From Chloroflexota bacterium (lineage in GTDB: Bacteria > Chloroflexota > UBA6077 > FW602-bin22 > CADDYW01), in assembly GCA_035293685.1 (NCBI GenBank), contig DATGMJ010000130.1, forward strand, positions 1-41,129: a stretch of DNA of 41,129 nucleotides, read 5' to 3'. The notes beneath the pieces are model-generated. The model had not been told where the DNA came from and did not search any database. It saw only the letters and a program-made list of their open reading frames with translations. The position numbers and the translations under genes are program-made. This document shows, in pieces, positions 37,944 to 41,129 of the stretch; within the stretch, counting starts at the first letter, position 1; each line of letters begins with the position of its first letter.

Positions 37944-38273
37944 ATGCAGACAGACGTTGCCGGGACAGCCAAGGCTCGCGCGAAGGAGCGTGCCCATCCG
38001 CACCCGATGGAATATGTGAAGGTCGCCATCGTGCTGGCGATCATCACCGGGGCGGAGGTTGCGGTATACTACCAGGAGGCGCTGCGGTCGGTGCTCGTCC
38101 CGATCCTGCTGGTCCTGTCAGCGTCGAAGTTCAGCCTGGTCGCGATGTTCTACATGCATCTGAAGTTCGACAGCCGGCTGTTCTCGGCGCTCTTCACCGG
38201 TCCGCTCGCCCTGATTATTGCGGTCCTGGTCGCACTGCTGGCGCTCTTCCACCGCGTTCTCCTCGGTGTCTGA
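37944..38273 (+). CDS. ctaF: Cytochrome c oxidase subunit IV (prokaryotic COX4 family)
   Basis: 109-aa, 3-TM protein (YVKVAIVLAIITGAEVAVYY...SKFSLVAMFYMHLKFD). ATG 37944 follows GGGGAG. The track ORF start at 37611 is off inside ctaE and is rejected. Confidence 0.8.
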   Translation: MQTDVAGTAKARAKERAHPHPMEYVKVAIVLAIITGAEVAVYYQEALRSVLVPILLVLSASKFSLVAMFYMHLKFDSRLFSALFTGPLALIIAVLVALLALFHRVLLGV

Positions 38274-38310
38274 GTCGCACGTTCCGACCAGGGTCTCCGG
38301 AGAGATTGCC

Positions 38311-39138
38311 GTGACAGCGTGGTCACCTGCGAGCTGGTCGTTCGAGCCCGGAGTCGTTGGAGGGATTGGGGCGCTGAGCCTGGCGTATATCATCGGCGTC
38401 TGGCGGGCGCGGCCGCGATCGATCTGGGATGAGCATGTGGTATCGGTCGGCGAGGCGACCGCGTTTGGGTCGGCGATCATCCTGTTGGTGATCGCCCTGA
38501 TTTCGCCGCTGGATACACTCAGCTCCTATCTCTTCAGCGCACATATGCTCCAGCATATGCTTCTGGTGTACATTGTGCCGCCTCTTCTGCTGGCTGGTAC
38601 GCCGCGGTGGCTCCTGGAACCGCTACTGGAGGCGCCGCGGGTTCGCGATATCGCGCGGGCGGTGACCGGGCCCATCCCGGCGATCATCATTTTTAATGTC
38701 ATCCTGGTGATCTGGCATATGCCGGAGGCATGGCAGGCGGCTCTCGTGGACAATCAGATCCACGCATTCGAGCATCTCTGCTTCCTCGGCGCGGGCATCA
38801 TTGCCTGGTTCCCGATCTTCAGTCCGGTCCGAGTTGTGCCGCGCCTCTCCTACCCGGGGCAGATGGTGTACTTGTTTGTTCAATCGCTTGTTCCGGCGGT
38901 CGTCGGCGCGTTTATCACCTTTTCCGGTAGTGTCATCTATCCACTGTACTCTGGCGTGCCCAAGCCGTGGGGGTTGTCGCCCCTGGTAGACCAGCAGCTG
39001 GCCGGGCTCCTGATGAAATTGCTGGGGACGATCTTCCTGTGGATCCTGGTCTCGGTGCGCTTCTTCCAGTGGTTCGGTCACGAGGAGCACGAGATCGAGA
39101 AGATTGTGGATGACTCGTCTCTGAGCCAGACATCGTGA
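38311..39138 (+). CDS. ctaG: Cytochrome c oxidase assembly factor CtaG (Caa3_CtaG family)
   Basis: Polytopic protein with FSAHMLQHMLLVYIVPPLLLAGTP. GTG 38311 has a GGAGAG SD 7 nt upstream. Confidence 0.8.
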   Translation: MTAWSPASWSFEPGVVGGIGALSLAYIIGVWRARPRSIWDEHVVSVGEATAFGSAIILLVIALISPLDTLSSYLFSAHMLQHMLLVYIVPPLLLAGTPRWLLEPLLEAPRVRDIARAVTGPIPAIIIFNVILVIWHMPEAWQAALVDNQIHAFEHLCFLGAGIIAWFPIFSPVRVVPRLSYPGQMVYLFVQSLVPAVVGAFITFSGSVIYPLYSGVPKPWGLSPLVDQQLAGLLMKLLGTIFLWILVSVRFFQWFGHEEHEIEKIVDDSSLSQTS

Positions 39139-39201
39139 TCGTTGTCAATCGGCGGTCACGGGCGGATCACGGAGGGAATTCTCGGAGGTTCAGACATTGG
39201 C

Positions 39202-39438
39202 ATGAATCGCCACTTGCTCCCGCTCGTTATTCCGATCACCGCAATCATCAGTGCGCTGGCGGTCGTTTTCATCATCTCGCGGATCCTGCTGTTTTTCTGG
39301 TCCTCGGTCTCCAAGGAGATCACGCCCTTTGTGGCGCTGGCCATTGCGGCGGCGATCCTGGTTGGTGCGACGATCGTTTCCCGCGTCGTGTCGAGTAGCG
39401 AATCGGACGACGTATCGTCGGAGGCGCCGACACAGTAG
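39202..39438 (+). CDS. Small two-TM membrane protein with acidic/Ser-rich tail
   Basis: MNRHLLPLVIPITAIISALAVVFIISRILLFFW...FVALAIAAAILVGATIV...SSSESDDVSSEAPTQ. The start is uncertain: ATG 39202 or TTG 39142. I recognise no family. Confidence 0.45.
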   Translation: MNRHLLPLVIPITAIISALAVVFIISRILLFFWSSVSKEITPFVALAIAAAILVGATIVSRVVSSSESDDVSSEAPTQ

Positions 39439-39454
39439 GAAGGTGCTCCGCTCC

Positions 39455-39484
39455 TTGACATGATGAGGGACCACCGCCTATAGT
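39455..39484 (+). promoter_or_regulatory. Candidate sigma-70 promoter
   Basis: TTGACA (39455-39460), an 18-nt spacer, then TATAGT (39479-39484). It lies 60 nt upstream of the DUF1185 gene. Confidence 0.5.
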
Positions 39485-39544
39485 AGCGGCGGATCCGCCT
39501 CTCGAGCGCGGCGAACTGCTGAAACTCGGACGAGGGCACATCTC

Positions 39545-40066
39545 TTGGAGCTCCGAAAGACAGTTACACTGATCGAGGATACCCTGATCGAGGACGGCCG
39601 CACGCTTCCCCAGCCGATCCGGCGCGTTGCCCAGATCGCGGTCGTGCGTAATCCGCTCGCCGGGCGCATCGAGGAGAACCTGGAAGAGCTCGTGCGCGAC
39701 GGCGAGGATCTCGGGCGGTTCCTGGCCAAACGTGCCGTGGAGCTTCTCGATCGCGGCCGGATTACTCTCCTGGGCAAGGGGGCAATCATCGGGGAAGACG
39801 GAGAGCCCGAGCATGGGCAGGCAATCCTTTACCCGCGCTTCGCCGCCGCGGTTCGGGAGACGCTCGGGCTCGATCACGCCAGCGTGCTGAGCGAGAAGTT
39901 GATCGCTGGGCCCGGCGCGGCGCTGAAGATCCGACTTCGCCGGATCGACAGCCCTCTCGACAGCGCCGAGGGGGTCATGGAACTGCGTGTCCCTGGCTCG
40001 CCAGCTCCCGATGAGATCCTGGTAGCCCTCGTTGTGGCGGGCCCGAGCCAGGCCAGTAGCCGATAA
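39545..40066 (+). CDS. Amino-acid-synthesis family protein (DUF1185 / AA_synth)
   Basis: MELRKTVTLIEDTLIEDGRTLPQPIRRVAQIAVVRNPLAGR... fits my memory of the family. TTG start. 173 aa. Confidence 0.65.
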   Translation: MELRKTVTLIEDTLIEDGRTLPQPIRRVAQIAVVRNPLAGRIEENLEELVRDGEDLGRFLAKRAVELLDRGRITLLGKGAIIGEDGEPEHGQAILYPRFAAAVRETLGLDHASVLSEKLIAGPGAALKIRLRRIDSPLDSAEGVMELRVPGSPAPDEILVALVVAGPSQASSR

Positions 40067-40077
40067 GCTGCCTCGCC

Positions 40078-41129
40078 ATGAGCGTCGTCTCGGAAGCGGC
40101 CAGCCTCGCGCGTGATCTGCGACGGCGGCTCGGGAGTACTGCGCTCGTTCTTGACGACCCGGACCAGCTCGAATGCTATGCCTATGATGCCTCGTTCGAG
40201 GCGATGCTCTGCCCGCGGCTGCCGTGGGTCGTCGTTCAGCCGCGGACGACGGAGGATGTCTCCCGCACGCTTGCCTTCGCCTCTGAACGGCGGATTCCGG
40301 TGACGGCTCGTGGCGCGGCGACTGGGCAGGCCGGTGGCGCGCTGCCTGTCCTGGGCGGAATCGTCGTCGATCTGAGCCGGATGAACCGGATTCTCGAGCT
40401 GGATGCCCCCAACCTCCAGGTATTCGTTGAGCCCGGCGTCGTTCACGCCGACCTCAACGCCTTCCTCTCTCCGCACGGTCTCATCTTTCCGCCGGATCCA
40501 GGAAGCAGTCGGATGTGCACCGTGGGCGGTATGGTGTCCAACAACTCGCGGGGCATGCGCGCGATCAAGTACGGCTGTACCGGAGACTATGTGCTCGGGC
40601 TCGAGGTCGTCTTGGCAAACGGGCAGGTGATCACGACCGGCTCGGTGGGGTCGCGTGCCCTGCAGTCGTCGTCCGGGTTCGAACTGACGCGCCTGTTCGT
40701 TGGCTCGGAAGGCATGTTAGGGATCATTACTCGCTTGCGGCTGCGCGTCATCCCGCGGCCGGCCTGCCGGGGTATCGTCCTCGCCCAGTTCGGGCAGCTT
40801 GAGGCGGCAGGCGAGTCGGTTGGGCGTGTCCTTCAGGCGGGCATCCTGCCGTCGGCGATCGAAATCCTTGATGCATCGGCGATTCGAGCAGTCAATCTCT
40901 ATCGTCCGGCCCTGCGGCTGCCGGACACCGAGGCGATCCTGCTCTACGAGGTGGACGGCAACGCGGAGAGTGTGGCGACGGATGCGCGGCGAATCGCCGA
41001 GGTTGTTGTGTCGCTGGCTGACCGAGTGGAATGGTCCGACGAGCCGACGAAGGTTGCCGCGCTGTGGGAGGCGCGGAGCGTGGTTGGGGCCGCATCTGGG
41101 CAGATCAAACCGGGCTGTGCCCGCGTCTA
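40078..41129 (+). CDS. FAD-linked oxidase, GlcD family (3' end beyond the right window edge)
   Basis: Not in the ORF track because there is no stop in the window. My translation from ATG 40078 gives MSVVSEAASLARDL...VVQPRTTEDVSRTLAFASERRIPVTARGAATGQAGGA...FPPDPGSSRMCTVGGMVSNNSRG...GSEGMLGIITRLRLRV. The frame is open to the last base. Confidence 0.85.
   Translation, partial: MSVVSEAASLARDLRRRLGSTALVLDDPDQLECYAYDASFEAMLCPRLPWVVVQPRTTEDVSRTLAFASERRIPVTARGAATGQAGGALPVLGGIVVDLSRMNRILELDAPNLQVFVEPGVVHADLNAFLSPHGLIFPPDPGSSRMCTVGGMVSNNSRGMRAIKYGCTGDYVLGLEVVLANGQVITTGSVGSRALQSSSGFELTRLFVGSEGMLGIITRLRLRVIPRPACRGIVLAQFGQLEAAGESVGRVLQAGILPSAIEILDASAIRAVNLYRPALRLPDTEAILLYEVDGNAESVATDARRIAEVVVSLADRVEWSDEPTKVAALWEARSVVGAASGQIKPGCARV

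Noticed and set aside
1-41129. CRISPR arrays, IS elements, prophage or defence islands
   Set aside because: There are no regularly spaced repeat arrays. I recognised no transposase, integrase, recombinase, nuclease-helicase or RT-like proteins in any frame.

Overview
Visibly high-GC bacterial chromosomal DNA (GC not computed), densely coding on both strands. I call about 38 protein genes and one tRNA. Most of it is ordinary housekeeping: hisA-hisF, tig-clpP-clpX, leuC-leuD, and a Bacillus-style haem-copper oxidase cluster (ctaC-D-E-F-G with a divergent fused ctaA-ctaB). There are also two GlcD-like FAD oxidases, an aldehyde dehydrogenase, and MFS and ClC transporters. The protein sequences and gene order suggest a Thermomicrobia/Chloroflexota-like organism, but that is a guess I cannot verify here. 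I found no transposases, integrases, CRISPR arrays, reverse transcriptases or recognisable defence genes, and I cannot point to a clear-cut novel system. The three best candidates for a second look are below. (1) An orphan ParA/Soj-type ATPase with a long low-complexity tail, followed by an AbrB/SpoVT-fold protein and preceded by a 24-bp perfect palindrome flanked by direct repeats (15.9-17.8 kb). (2) A tightly packed operon of two tandem UPF0104 flippase-like membrane proteins, an FAD oxidoreductase, UDP-glucose dehydrogenase and a GNAT, with no glycosyltransferase, next to a membrane-anchored GH5 (22.3-29.1 kb). (3) A PIG-L deacetylase, Gfo/Idh/MocA oxidoreductase and DUF1786-like group (29.1-32.2 kb). 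Several strong intergenic hairpins and repeats are also listed. Many long ORFs in the six-frame track are antisense or off-frame shadows typical of high-GC DNA, and many track ORFs begin upstream of the likely true start. All family assignments come from motif recognition by eye, not from searches.
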